Source of the DNA: Burkholderiaceae bacterium
Lineage (GTDB): Bacteria; Pseudomonadota; Gammaproteobacteria; Burkholderiales; Burkholderiaceae_E
Direction of reading: 5' to 3'
Length of the DNA stretch: 60,735 bases
NCBI GenBank assembly: GCA_044360485.1
Contig: JBIKKG010000001.1
Coordinates: forward strand, 1 to 60,735
Notes under the pieces: generated by a model
The model's input: only the letters and a program-made list of their open reading frames with translations
Database searches by the model: none
Told to the model about the DNA's origin: nothing
In this document: positions 50,528 through 59,269 of the stretch, one piece after another
Layout: the number at the start of each line of letters is the position of its first letter
Position numbering within the stretch: position 1 is the first letter of the stretch
Translations under genes and position numbers: made by a program

Positions 50528-52297
50528 TCAGATGGTGATGACCAACTGGTTCAAGTCCAGCACCCGCCTGTACTCGATCTTGCGTGCGATCAGGTTGGCC
50601 ATCACGCGCTCCGACAGGCTTTCCGGTTCGTCGTGCCGAATTTCCGTCTCGCGCAGCGGGTTGTGAATGACACCGTCATCACGTATGAGCATGACCAGGC
50701 CATCGGCTGTACGCCGGATCATCAGGTCGATATTGACGCTGCCCTTGGCATTCGCATTGGCCTTGAGGATGTCGACCGACAGGTCTTCGGCCAGCATGCT
50801 CGCCTTGTAGGCCAGCCAGGAGTCGGGAACCGAATCTTCCAGGAAGCGATGCAGGTAAGCCGAGACCTGCGCGCTGTTCTCGGTGGTGCACACATACGAC
50901 AGCGTCTTCAGCTCGTTGGGCTCGCGCTCGGGCAGCAGCCACAGGTCGGCGAACAGCCCACCCGATGCCTTGCGCATCCAATGAAGAACGGGAATCGCGA
51001 TGAGCAGTGCCAGATAGCTCTGGGCTGCCAGCGCAATCCAGATACTCTCGACACCGAAATACGTACCGAGCACAGGAAGGATCGGGATGATGAGCGCACC
51101 TTGCAGCACCGACAACAGCATGGCCGCCCGGTGCTGGTTCACGGCAATGTAGTACTGGATTGCGTTTTTCAGCAGGCACAGTGCAGGAAACGAAAGCGCC
51201 GTGATGCTCACCGCGAGCGTAGAGATCTGCGTATCGGCTGAGCCTTGGATGCCGTACAGCAGCAACACCGACTGCGGCCAGACCAGGAGCAGCGCCACGA
51301 TGGCCGCACTGATGGCCAGCAGCAGCACCGACGAGTGCCGTGTGAGGATGCGCAGGCCTGCGTAGTCCTTTTCGCCGTGCAGCATGCCCCCCATCATCAG
51401 GATGCTGGTGCCCGCACTGATGATGAACAGGTAGACGATGTTCTCGCAGGTGTTGAACAACGAGAAGGCGACCAGGCCGGCACTGCCGGCTTGCATGAAG
51501 ATCACCTTGTTGAGCACGGCGGTCTTGGCGTACTCGAGAAACGAGCCTACCGACAGAGGGAAACCCGACTTGAGCATCTCCAGCAGGTAATTGCGGACGA
51601 AAGCCAGGTCGGTCAGCGCCGCGAAGCGCAGGCGCACCGTCGCGCGCCCGCCCAGTGCATGGGTTGCCATGATCATGAAGCCCAGCACCTGGCTGACGAT
51701 GCTGGCCACCGACAGCCCCAACATCCCCATGTCCAGTTTGAGGAACACGACAGCAAAGGCGGCGTTCAGGATGTAGGTGACGATGGCGATGGTGGAGAAG
51801 AATTTCGGCCTGCCGTCCAGCCTCCATCCCTTTTCGAAAGCCTCGGATACCGCGAGCAGCGGCGCGCTGAGCAGGAAGGGGATGTAGTACTCCAGCGCCA
51901 AGCCCAACAGGCGCGCATCGTCGGCGAAATAGGCCAGCAGCGCCTCGGCGAAAAAGAACTGAGGCAAGAAGACGATCGCCTTGACGCACACCAGCACCAC
52001 GAGAAAGAGCGTGAAGACACCATGCACCTCAGTGGGTTCGGATTCGGCGCTGCACCGCGCCAGGATCGCGAAGACACCGCCGCCGATGATGCGCGACAGG
52101 ATGAATGACAAGCCGACCAGCGGACTGATGAGCACCAGCGCCGACAGCGCATCGGGTCCGAGAAAGTGCCCCGCCAGGATGGAGTCGGTCAGCAGGATGA
52201 CACTGCCCACCAGTGACGACACGACCGACGGGAAGTAGAGCTCCTTGTACTTCCGGGTCAGCAGCACCCCGCTGCGTTGATAGTTCGTGGTCGTCAT
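50528..52297 (-). CDS. MATE/MOP-like 12-TM transporter fused to a C-terminal GHKL (RsbW/SpoIIAB-type HATPase)-like domain
   Basis: Track ORF 50528..52384, with the start placed at Met30 (52297; Met15 at 52342 is possible). About 440 aa of MATE-like TM helices begin LYFPSVVSSLVGSVILLTDSILAGHFLGPDALSAL. A roughly 150-aa soluble tail follows: ..AYKASMLAEDLSVDILKANANAKGSVNIDLMIRRTADGLVMLIRDDGVIHNPL... Confidence 0.75.
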   Translation of the reverse strand: MTTTNYQRSGVLLTRKYKELYFPSVVSSLVGSVILLTDSILAGHFLGPDALSALVLISPLVGLSFILSRIIGGGVFAILARCSAESEPTEVHGVFTLFLVVLVCVKAIVFLPQFFFAEALLAYFADDARLLGLALEYYIPFLLSAPLLAVSEAFEKGWRLDGRPKFFSTIAIVTYILNAAFAVVFLKLDMGMLGLSVASIVSQVLGFMIMATHALGGRATVRLRFAALTDLAFVRNYLLEMLKSGFPLSVGSFLEYAKTAVLNKVIFMQAGSAGLVAFSLFNTCENIVYLFIISAGTSILMMGGMLHGEKDYAGLRILTRHSSVLLLAISAAIVALLLVWPQSVLLLYGIQGSADTQISTLAVSITALSFPALCLLKNAIQYYIAVNQHRAAMLLSVLQGALIIPILPVLGTYFGVESIWIALAAQSYLALLIAIPVLHWMRKASGGLFADLWLLPEREPNELKTLSYVCTTENSAQVSAYLHRFLEDSVPDSWLAYKASMLAEDLSVDILKANANAKGSVNIDLMIRRTADGLVMLIRDDGVIHNPLRETEIRHDEPESLSERVMANLIARKIEYRRVLDLNQLVITI

Positions 52298-52367
52298 CTC
52301 GAGAGTTCTTCTTGTTCGCCCTGGCACGTGCGTTGCGGTCATCGCAGCGTGAAAGCTGACCTGGCAT

Positions 52368-52393
52368 GCGCAGGACGATCGCATGTCCTGCGC
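52368..52393. promoter_or_regulatory. Perfect 9-bp inverted repeat in the divergent MATE/murT intergenic region (candidate operator or RNA hairpin)
   Basis: GCGCAGGAC-GATCGCAT-GTCCTGCGC. An overlapping alternative pairing is CATGCG...CGCATG (52365-52384). Confidence 0.3.
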
Positions 52394-52507
52394 GGCGACA
52401 CCGCTGGGGCCCCACCTGCATCCGCGACACGCGGGGAGCCAAGTCGAGGTGACTCAAACGTGCATGCTATCCTGAACTGCACGGTTTGAACCAACACGCT
52501 CTCTGCC

Positions 52508-53845
52508 GTGAGGGCCACCGAGATCCGGCGTCTTGCTGTCTCGCATGCCCCCCTCGCGTGTCCCTTTTCTCCAAGCCCTGTCGATGAGGCGCAACCTGCC
52601 GACCACGCCCGTCTCCACAGCGACCAGGGCACGGCCTTGCTGAGCCCTCTGCGTACACGCTCGGCGGTACTGGCAGGGCGTTTTGTGGGGCACGCCTATC
52701 GCCTGTCCGGGCGCGGCGGCGATGGTGCGAGCACCCGCGGCCGCGCGATGCTCGCAGTCGATCCGAACGCCTTGCACACGCTGGCCCAAGGCCGGCGCAC
52801 CGTGATGATCACAGGCACCAACGGTAAGACCACCACAACCCACCTGGCGGTGGCCGCCCTGGGTCAGGCTGCCACCAATGCCTCGGGCGCGAACATGCCC
52901 AGCGGCATCGTCGCCGCGTATGCCGAGTCTGAGCATCCGAACGCAATCATCGAGGTCGACGAGCTCTACATCGATATCGTCGCCCGTCAGGTCAAGCCGG
53001 TGGCCATCGTTGCGCTCAACCTGCTTCGCGATCAGCTCGACCGCATGCACGAGGTCGCGCGCATCGGCCGCCGCTGGCAGCAGGCCTTTCGCGCCGCGGG
53101 AGCACTCGTCATTGCCAACCCGGCCGATCCCCATGTGGCGTATGCCGCCATGGCTGTGGACCACCTGTGGTTCGACCCGGGGCTGCGCTGGACCGACGAT
53201 TCGGCCACCTGCCCACGCTGCGGTTCGCTGGTCCACTGGCGTGTCCGGCGCTGGGCGTGCACGTGTGGTCTGACCATGCCTGCGCCCGACGCCTGGGTCG
53301 ACGACGACGGACTGCACTTCGCTGACGGGGCCTGCCAGCCCTTCAGCCTGAAGCTGCCGGGCGCGGTGAACCGTGGCAATGCGGGTGCGGCGCTGCTTGC
53401 CGCTCGCGTGCTGGGCGCGCCCCTGGCGCAGGCTGCCGAACGGCTGGCCGATATGCGCAGCGCCAGCGGACGCTACGCGTCGATTCGAGTGGGCGGCCGC
53501 ATGGCCAGGCTCGTGCTGGCAAAGAACCCGGCGAGCTGGATCGCGGTCATGCAGTGGGCGGCCGACCATCCGATCATCGCGATCGTCAACGCCCGGGCTG
53601 CGGACGGCCGCGACACCTCGTGGCTTTACGACGTGCCGTTCGAGGTCTTCCAGGGCCGCGCCCTGGGCGCTTGCGGCGAGCGTGCAGCAGACGTCGCGCT
53701 GCGCTTGCATGTAGCCGGGGTGCGCGCCATCGTGGGTGCCGATCTCGACCACGTTGCACGCCAGATGCCCGCCGGAGAACTTCACGTGCTGGCCTCCTAC
53801 TCAGCCTTCACCCTGTTGCGGCGGCAGGCCGTGGAGGCGCCGTGA
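52508..53845 (+). CDS. murT: MurT-like Mur-ligase-family protein (lipid II isoglutaminyl synthase ligase subunit type)
   Basis: Blocks read from the translation are GTNGKTTT (P-loop), SGANM, EVDE, NLLRDQLDRMHEV, the Cys4 ribbon CPRCGSLVHW..CTCG, LAKNPAS and DGRDTSWLYDVPFE (DUF1727 part). All are colinear with staphylococcal MurT as I remember it. The start is uncertain: GTG 52508, or TTG 52637 giving MLSPLRTRSAVLAG. Confidence 0.85.
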   Translation: MRATEIRRLAVSHAPLACPFSPSPVDEAQPADHARLHSDQGTALLSPLRTRSAVLAGRFVGHAYRLSGRGGDGASTRGRAMLAVDPNALHTLAQGRRTVMITGTNGKTTTTHLAVAALGQAATNASGANMPSGIVAAYAESEHPNAIIEVDELYIDIVARQVKPVAIVALNLLRDQLDRMHEVARIGRRWQQAFRAAGALVIANPADPHVAYAAMAVDHLWFDPGLRWTDDSATCPRCGSLVHWRVRRWACTCGLTMPAPDAWVDDDGLHFADGACQPFSLKLPGAVNRGNAGAALLAARVLGAPLAQAAERLADMRSASGRYASIRVGGRMARLVLAKNPASWIAVMQWAADHPIIAIVNARAADGRDTSWLYDVPFEVFQGRALGACGERAADVALRLHVAGVRAIVGADLDHVARQMPAGELHVLASYSAFTLLRRQAVEAP

Positions 53846-54603
53846 ACGCGATCCGCGTGATCGAGGTCTATCCTCAGTTGCTGGGCACCTACGCCGATCG
53901 CGGCAATGCGCTGGCGCTCAGGCAACGCGCTGGCGCGCGCGGACTGCGCGTGGACCTGCATGTCGTGAGGCCGGGCGAGTCGGTACCACTGGATGGCGAT
54001 CTCTACCTGCTGGGCGGCGGCGAAGATGCCGCACAGGCGCTGGCCGCCTCGATGCTGCAAACCGATGGGGGACTGGCGCGCGCCGTCGAACGCGGGCGCA
54101 CGGTGCTGGCGGTGTGTGCCGGCATGCAGATTCTGGGCACCACCTTCGTCGGACCAGATGGCGCCGTGCTCACCGGCCTGGGTCTGGTCGACGCCGAGGC
54201 CACCGCGTTGGTGAGCAGGGCCACCGGCGACATCGTGACCCGCGCGCAACTCGATGGGGAGGCGCTGACACTGGTGGGGTTCGAGAACCACCGCATCGGC
54301 AGCCGGTTGGGCAGCGCCTGCCGCCCCCTGGGCCGGGTGGAGCGCGGCAGGGGCAATCACGACACCGATGGGACCGAGGGTCTGGTGCAGGGATCCATCG
54401 TCGCAACGTATCTCCACGGTCCGCTGCTGGCTCTCAATCCACAGCTGGCCGACGTACTGCTGCGGCGAGTGGCCGGCGCGCTGCCCGCGCTCGACACGGC
54501 GCACGACGACTGGGCCCATACCGCCCGCGCGGTGCGACTGCGCGAAGGCAACGCGGGCGGTCTGCGCCGCCTTGCAGGCCTGCTGCGCGTGCGCCAGCGC
54601 TAG
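53842..54603 (+). CDS. gatD: GatD-like glutamine amidotransferase (CobB/CobQ-type GATase; MurT partner)
   Basis: GTG at codon 97 of track ORF 53554..54603, overlapping the murT stop (GTGA). The protein begins VNAIRVIEVYPQLLGTYADRGNALALRQRA. The catalytic Cys is in LAVCAGMQILG, GFENH is present, and the catalytic His is in TYLHGPLL. Confidence 0.85.
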   Translation: MNAIRVIEVYPQLLGTYADRGNALALRQRAGARGLRVDLHVVRPGESVPLDGDLYLLGGGEDAAQALAASMLQTDGGLARAVERGRTVLAVCAGMQILGTTFVGPDGAVLTGLGLVDAEATALVSRATGDIVTRAQLDGEALTLVGFENHRIGSRLGSACRPLGRVERGRGNHDTDGTEGLVQGSIVATYLHGPLLALNPQLADVLLRRVAGALPALDTAHDDWAHTARAVRLREGNAGGLRRLAGLLRVRQR

Positions 54604-54612
54604 GCCCCGATC

Positions 54613-56550
54613 ATGTGCGGGCTGCTGGGCATCCTGTGCGCAACGCCTGAACAGGCGCGCCAGTTGCTCGCGCCGGCGCGCAACGCGCTGCAGATCCAGC
54701 GCCATCGCGGCCCCGACGAGACCGATATCCAGATGTTCGACGAGGCGGTGCTCGGTTTGAACCGGCTGGCACTCGTCGACGTCGATCATGCGCACCAGCC
54801 GCTGCTGTGGGGCCCACCCGAGGCGCCGCGTCGGTACGCACTGCTGTTCAACGGCGAGATCTACAACCACCAGGAGCTGCGCGACGAGCTCACCGCCACG
54901 CACGGGGCGGCATTCGCCACGCTCGGCGACGGCGAGGCCATCGTCGCGGCCTACCACCACCACGGAGCCGAGTCCGTTTCCCGACTGCGGGGCATGTTCG
55001 CCTTCGTGATCTGGGATACCCGTGACAAGGTCCTTTTCGGTGCACGCGACCCCTTCGGCATCAAGCCCCTGTACTGGGCGGCAGGCCCTGGCGGCGTGGC
55101 CTTCTCGAGCGAGAAAAAGAGCCTGCTGGCTCTGGCGCCCGCACTGGGCGTGGGCCTGGCTCTGGACCCCGCAGCGCTGCAGCACTATCTCGCGCTGCAG
55201 TACGTGCCCGAGCCCGAGACGCTGCACGCAGCCGTGCGCCGCATCGAATCGGGGACCTGGTTGCGCGTCACGCCCGGGGGTGAGCTGCATGTGCAGCGCT
55301 ATTTCCTGCCCCGATTCGAGAGCAAGGCGACACTCAGCGCCCCATCAGCCGATGCCCTTCACCGCAGGATCGCCGATGCACTGCGCGACTCGGTTCGCGC
55401 GCACATGGTCGCCGACCCGGGAATCAGCGTCGGCACTTTCCTGTCGGGGGGCATCGACTCCACCGCCATCGCCGTCCTCGCCAAGGAGTTCAAGCCAGAC
55501 CTGGTCGCGTTCACAGTCGGATTCAAGACCCCAGGCTATTCGGAGATCGACGTCGCGAGCCAGACGGCGGAGGTACTCGGGATCGAACACGTAGTGCGCA
55601 CGGTCGACGTGAGCGAGGTGATGCAGGCGCTGCCGATGATCATCTGGGCCCTCGACGATCCACTGGCCGACCCGTCGCTGGTCCCGCTGTACTTCGTCGC
55701 GCGCGAGGCCAGCAGCCGCGTCAAGGCGGTGCTGTCTGGCGAGGGAGCGGATGAGCTGTTCGCGGGCTACCCGATCTACGGCGAGGGCGTATCGCTCGCG
55801 CCCTTCGAGAAGGTACCCAGTGTGATCCGCACCCTCATGGGTCGGGTGTCAACCATGCTGCCCGACGGGATGCGCGGCAAGGACCTGCTTCGTCGCGGTG
55901 CGCTGCGTCTCGAGCAGCGGTATTACGGCAATGCGCGCATCTTCCTGGACGACCCGATGCGCGGCGTGCTGCGCAGCTTCCGGGAAGGCGTCAGCCACGA
56001 GGACGTCACCGCCCCCTGGTATCGACATTCACAGGCTTGGGACCCCATCTCGCGGATGCAGCACATCGACCTGTTCACCTGGCTGCGAGGCAACATCCTC
56101 GCCAAGGCCGACAAGATGACGATGGCCCACTCACTGGAATTGCGCGTGCCGTTCCTGGATGCCGCCGTGCTGCAGGCCGCCTGTGAAGTTCCCGCTGATC
56201 AGAAGATCGCCGGTGGCACCACCAAGTTCGCGCTGCGTCGTGCCCTGCAGGGCCTGGTGCCCCCGCATGTGCTCGAGCGCGAGAAGCTGGGCTTTCCGGT
56301 GCCGATCCGCCAGTGGCTGCGCAACGAGATGCACGACTGGGCCCGAGGTATCGTGGCCGAGTCCGCAACCGATCGGTGGCTGGACAAGGGTGCAGTCTTG
56401 CGCATGCTCGAGGCGCACTACCGTGGTCAGGCCGACCACAGCCGGCGTCTGTGGGCTTTACTGTGCTTCATGATCTGGCATGGCATCTTCATCGAGGGTC
56501 GCATCGCACCCGATGTGCCATGCTCGGTGCCAACGGCTTCGCGATACTGA
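54613..56550 (+). CDS. asnB: Glutamine-hydrolysing asparagine synthase family amidotransferase (AsnB/LtsA type)
   Basis: 645-aa protein. The N-terminal nucleophile is in MCGLLGI, the PP-loop is FLSGGIDSTAIA, and the SGEGADELFAGY and LELRVPFLD blocks are present. Confidence 0.9.
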   Translation: MCGLLGILCATPEQARQLLAPARNALQIQRHRGPDETDIQMFDEAVLGLNRLALVDVDHAHQPLLWGPPEAPRRYALLFNGEIYNHQELRDELTATHGAAFATLGDGEAIVAAYHHHGAESVSRLRGMFAFVIWDTRDKVLFGARDPFGIKPLYWAAGPGGVAFSSEKKSLLALAPALGVGLALDPAALQHYLALQYVPEPETLHAAVRRIESGTWLRVTPGGELHVQRYFLPRFESKATLSAPSADALHRRIADALRDSVRAHMVADPGISVGTFLSGGIDSTAIAVLAKEFKPDLVAFTVGFKTPGYSEIDVASQTAEVLGIEHVVRTVDVSEVMQALPMIIWALDDPLADPSLVPLYFVAREASSRVKAVLSGEGADELFAGYPIYGEGVSLAPFEKVPSVIRTLMGRVSTMLPDGMRGKDLLRRGALRLEQRYYGNARIFLDDPMRGVLRSFREGVSHEDVTAPWYRHSQAWDPISRMQHIDLFTWLRGNILAKADKMTMAHSLELRVPFLDAAVLQAACEVPADQKIAGGTTKFALRRALQGLVPPHVLEREKLGFPVPIRQWLRNEMHDWARGIVAESATDRWLDKGAVLRMLEAHYRGQADHSRRLWALLCFMIWHGIFIEGRIAPDVPCSVPTASRY

Positions 56551-56620
56551 CGGAATCGTTCGACGCCCAGTAGCGCGCTTGCACGGTCAGCCTCACTCAA
56601 CGTCTACTTTTGCAGTCGCA

Positions 56621-57550
56621 TCATCGCCGCCCTGCCCGCGTCTCGCTCCAGCCGAGAAACAACCCCGCACCGATGATGATGGCGGCCCCCAGCCAGGTGC
56701 TCACACCTGGCACCGCATCGAACACCAGCCAGCCGAACACGCCAGCGCACAGCAACTGGAAGTACTGGAACGGCGAGACGATGTTCGCTGGGGCATTGAT
56801 CATGGCGCGGGCCACGCAGTAGTGCCCCAGGCCGCCCAGCACACCCAGCGTCAGCAGCATCAGCACATCGGTCCAACGATCCGGGGTACGCCAGAAAAAG
56901 GGCACAGCGAAGGACATGAGTACGCTGCCAAGCATCGCGCTCCAGATCGCCGAGGTTTCCGCGGGGTCGCCCGACACCCGGCGGGTGAGCACCTGATACA
57001 GGGCGTAGCACAGCGAGCTGCCCAGGATCAGCAGCGAGGACCACTGAAACAGACCGCTGCCTGGGCGTACTACGACGAGCACACCGATGAAGCCGACCAG
57101 CACCACCGCCATGCGGTTGGCCTTGATCGGTTCACCCAGCAGCGGGACGGCGAGCAAGGTGACCAGCAGCGGCGACAGAAAACTGATGGTGGTAGCCTCG
57201 GCCAGCGGAACGGTCACCAGCGCGATGAAGTAGAGCGTGGTCGAGGTCAGTTGCAGCAGGGAACGTGCGGCCTGCGTGCCCGGCGTGCGCGTTCGCAGCA
57301 CCCCCCATCCGTGGCGCGGCATGAACAACAGCCCGATGAAGATGAAGTGCCCGAGCGTTCTTGCCCAGACGATCTGCACCGGCTCCAGCCGCGCACTGAG
57401 CAGCTTGACCAGCGTGTTCATGCATGCGAACAGGAACACCGCCATCAGGATGAACAGAATGCCGCGGGTGATGCGATTGGTAGGCAATGCGGTGACGGGC
57501 AAGACGGGGACTTCCTCGCAAGACCCTGCACCGGGCGAGCCGCCATGCAT
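56621..57550 (-). CDS. DMT-superfamily (EamA-like) transporter
   Basis: 309-aa protein with 10 predicted TM segments in two EamA-like halves (GILFILMAVFLFACMNTLVKLL...). The start is not refined. Confidence 0.82.
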   Translation of the reverse strand: MHGGSPGAGSCEEVPVLPVTALPTNRITRGILFILMAVFLFACMNTLVKLLSARLEPVQIVWARTLGHFIFIGLLFMPRHGWGVLRTRTPGTQAARSLLQLTSTTLYFIALVTVPLAEATTISFLSPLLVTLLAVPLLGEPIKANRMAVVLVGFIGVLVVVRPGSGLFQWSSLLILGSSLCYALYQVLTRRVSGDPAETSAIWSAMLGSVLMSFAVPFFWRTPDRWTDVLMLLTLGVLGGLGHYCVARAMINAPANIVSPFQYFQLLCAGVFGWLVFDAVPGVSTWLGAAIIIGAGLFLGWSETRAGRR

Positions 57551-57754
57551 GCAGGTCGACCCATGAGGTCAGCCCGCATTCTGACCCCTTCAAGCAACAC
57601 CGGGCAGCGCCACGGTTCCGAATCCGGGCGCGCGGCCGCGCAGCGTCGACCTCGGACCCCTCGTGGGTGAGACCCTGTTTGGCGCCTCGGGCAAGTCTTG
57701 AGAAGATCGGGCAGTGAATGCCTGCTCCGTCTGGATGATTGACAAAGGAATGCC

Positions 57755-58672
57755 GTGACCGTGCCACCGCGGGCCATCGCCATGCTGGTGGTGCTGACGC
57801 TGGTCTGGGGAACCAACTGGCCCCTGTTCCCACTGGCCCTGCAGGAAATCTCGGTCTGGACTTTCCGTTCGATCACGGCTCCTGCCTGCGGTCTCATCCT
57901 GCTCGCGGTGGCGCGTCTGCGCGGCATGCCGATGCACATTCCCCGCGAGCACTGGCCCACCCTTGCAGCGGCCAGCTTTTTCTATCTGGTGGTCTGGAAT
58001 ATCTGCAGTACCTATTCGGCCACCCTGATTCCCTCGGGTCAGTCCGCCGTGCTTGGCTACACCATGCCCCTGTGGTCGGCACTGCTGTCGTGGGCGATGT
58101 TCGGGCAACGACTCAACGGCCGTCTGCTGATCGCTCTGGCACTGGGCACGCTCTCGGTGGTGCTGCTCATGGTGCCGAGCCTGGGCGCCTATGCGCAGGC
58201 GCCGCTCGGTCTGGCGCTGGGCTTGCTTGCGGGTCTGGGCTGGGCCGTGGGCACCCTCATCCTCAAGCGTCGGATCATTCCGGTGCCGGTCCTGGTGCTC
58301 ACCGGCTGGCAGATGCTGCTGGTGTCGCTGCCGGTGATGATCGTGGCCCTCATCACCGGTGACAGGCAGTGGTTTGTGCCCAGTACCCAGTCGATCCTGC
58401 TCCTCATCTACATCACGCTGATTCCGCTATGCGTGGGCAATGTGTGCTGGTTCGCAATCGTGACGCTGCTGCCTGCGAATGTGGCCGGACTGTCGGTGAT
58501 CATGGTGCCGATGGTGGCCATGATCTCGGGGGCCTGGCTGCTCGGCGAACCGCTGGGTCCGCTGCAACTGGCGGCGATGGCCTGCTGCGCGGCGTCGCTC
58601 GCACTCACCCTCTTTCAGCCGCGATCAGCCGAGAAGCCCGTGAGCCGTACGGCACAAGAAGCCGAACGCTGA
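57755..58672 (+). CDS. DMT-superfamily (EamA-like) transporter
   Basis: 305-aa protein starting at GTG 57755, or at ATG 57782 (MLVVLTLVWGTNWP). It has 10 TM segments and is divergent from the preceding DMT gene. Confidence 0.82.
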   Translation: MTVPPRAIAMLVVLTLVWGTNWPLFPLALQEISVWTFRSITAPACGLILLAVARLRGMPMHIPREHWPTLAAASFFYLVVWNICSTYSATLIPSGQSAVLGYTMPLWSALLSWAMFGQRLNGRLLIALALGTLSVVLLMVPSLGAYAQAPLGLALGLLAGLGWAVGTLILKRRIIPVPVLVLTGWQMLLVSLPVMIVALITGDRQWFVPSTQSILLLIYITLIPLCVGNVCWFAIVTLLPANVAGLSVIMVPMVAMISGAWLLGEPLGPLQLAAMACCAASLALTLFQPRSAEKPVSRTAQEAER

Positions 58673-58768
58673 CGCGCCGCCGATCGCGTGCAGCGCATGC
58701 AAACCGTGATTGCGCGCCGCCTGCTGGGCCCTTAGCCCATCGCTGGGAGTTTCCGCAAAGCCATTGAA

Positions 58769-59269
58769 TCAGCCACCCTGGCCTTCTTGCACCATCTCGA
58801 CCAGTTGGCTCAACGCGATCGCCCAGCCCTCGTCGAAACCCATCGCTGCATGGGCATCGCGGCCTGCAGCGTCCACATGGTGGACCTGAGCCTGGTAGCG
58901 TGTGCCGCCTTCAGGAAGTCGATCGAACCGCAACTCGCAGACAAAGCCGAATCCAGGGTGGGTGATGGCTTGCGGCTTGAAATCCGGCCCCAGCAAATTA
59001 GTCCATAGCAGCCGATGTGGCGCCTCCACGGCCAAAAAGCACCCGACGCCCTGGGGCAGCGTCTCGCCGTCCGGGGACTGCATCGTTGTGCAGAAAGCGC
59101 CTGCTGGCCTGGGGTCGATGGTGCAAGCGACCACCCGCCATGGACGTGGACAGAACCAGGGCATCAGGCGCTGCGGCACGGTCCAGGCTTCGAAGCATTG
59201 CTCAGGGCTGATCGGCACGTCTCGGACGAGGCGCAAAGTCAGGTCGGAATGAGTCGCCGATGCAGTCAT
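58769..59269 (-). CDS. SRPBCC-superfamily protein (AHSA1/START-like)
   Basis: The track ORF starts at TTG 59272, and the ATG at 59269 is preceded by AGGGAA. The 166-aa product carries typical AHSA1-like blocks (ISPEQCFEAWTVPQRLMPWF.., EAPHRLLWT, GFDEGW). Confidence 0.78.
   Translation of the reverse strand: MTASATHSDLTLRLVRDVPISPEQCFEAWTVPQRLMPWFCPRPWRVVACTIDPRPAGAFCTTMQSPDGETLPQGVGCFLAVEAPHRLLWTNLLGPDFKPQAITHPGFGFVCELRFDRLPEGGTRYQAQVHHVDAAGRDAHAAMGFDEGWAIALSQLVEMVQEGQGG

Noticed and set aside
50679-51989. 436-aa minus-strand ORF
   Set aside because: It is an alternate frame inside the MATE-like gene. It is Arg/Gly/His-rich and not membrane-like, whereas frame 50528..52384 gives coherent TM helices.
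52454-53785. 443-aa ORF on the minus strand
   Set aside because: It is antisense to murT. The plus-strand product has the full set of MurT blocks.
53736-54650. 304-aa plus-strand ORF, and the N-terminal 96 codons of ORF 53554..54603
   Set aside because: These are an Arg/Gly/Pro-rich alternate frame and an upstream extension overlapping murT. The GatD homology starts only at the GTG at 53842.
53797-55290. 497-aa ORF on the minus strand
   Set aside because: It is antisense to gatD and asnB, and is a shadow ORF.
56480-57670. 396-aa plus-strand ORF
   Set aside because: It is antisense to the DMT transporter gene 56621..57550. It is highly charged and low-complexity.
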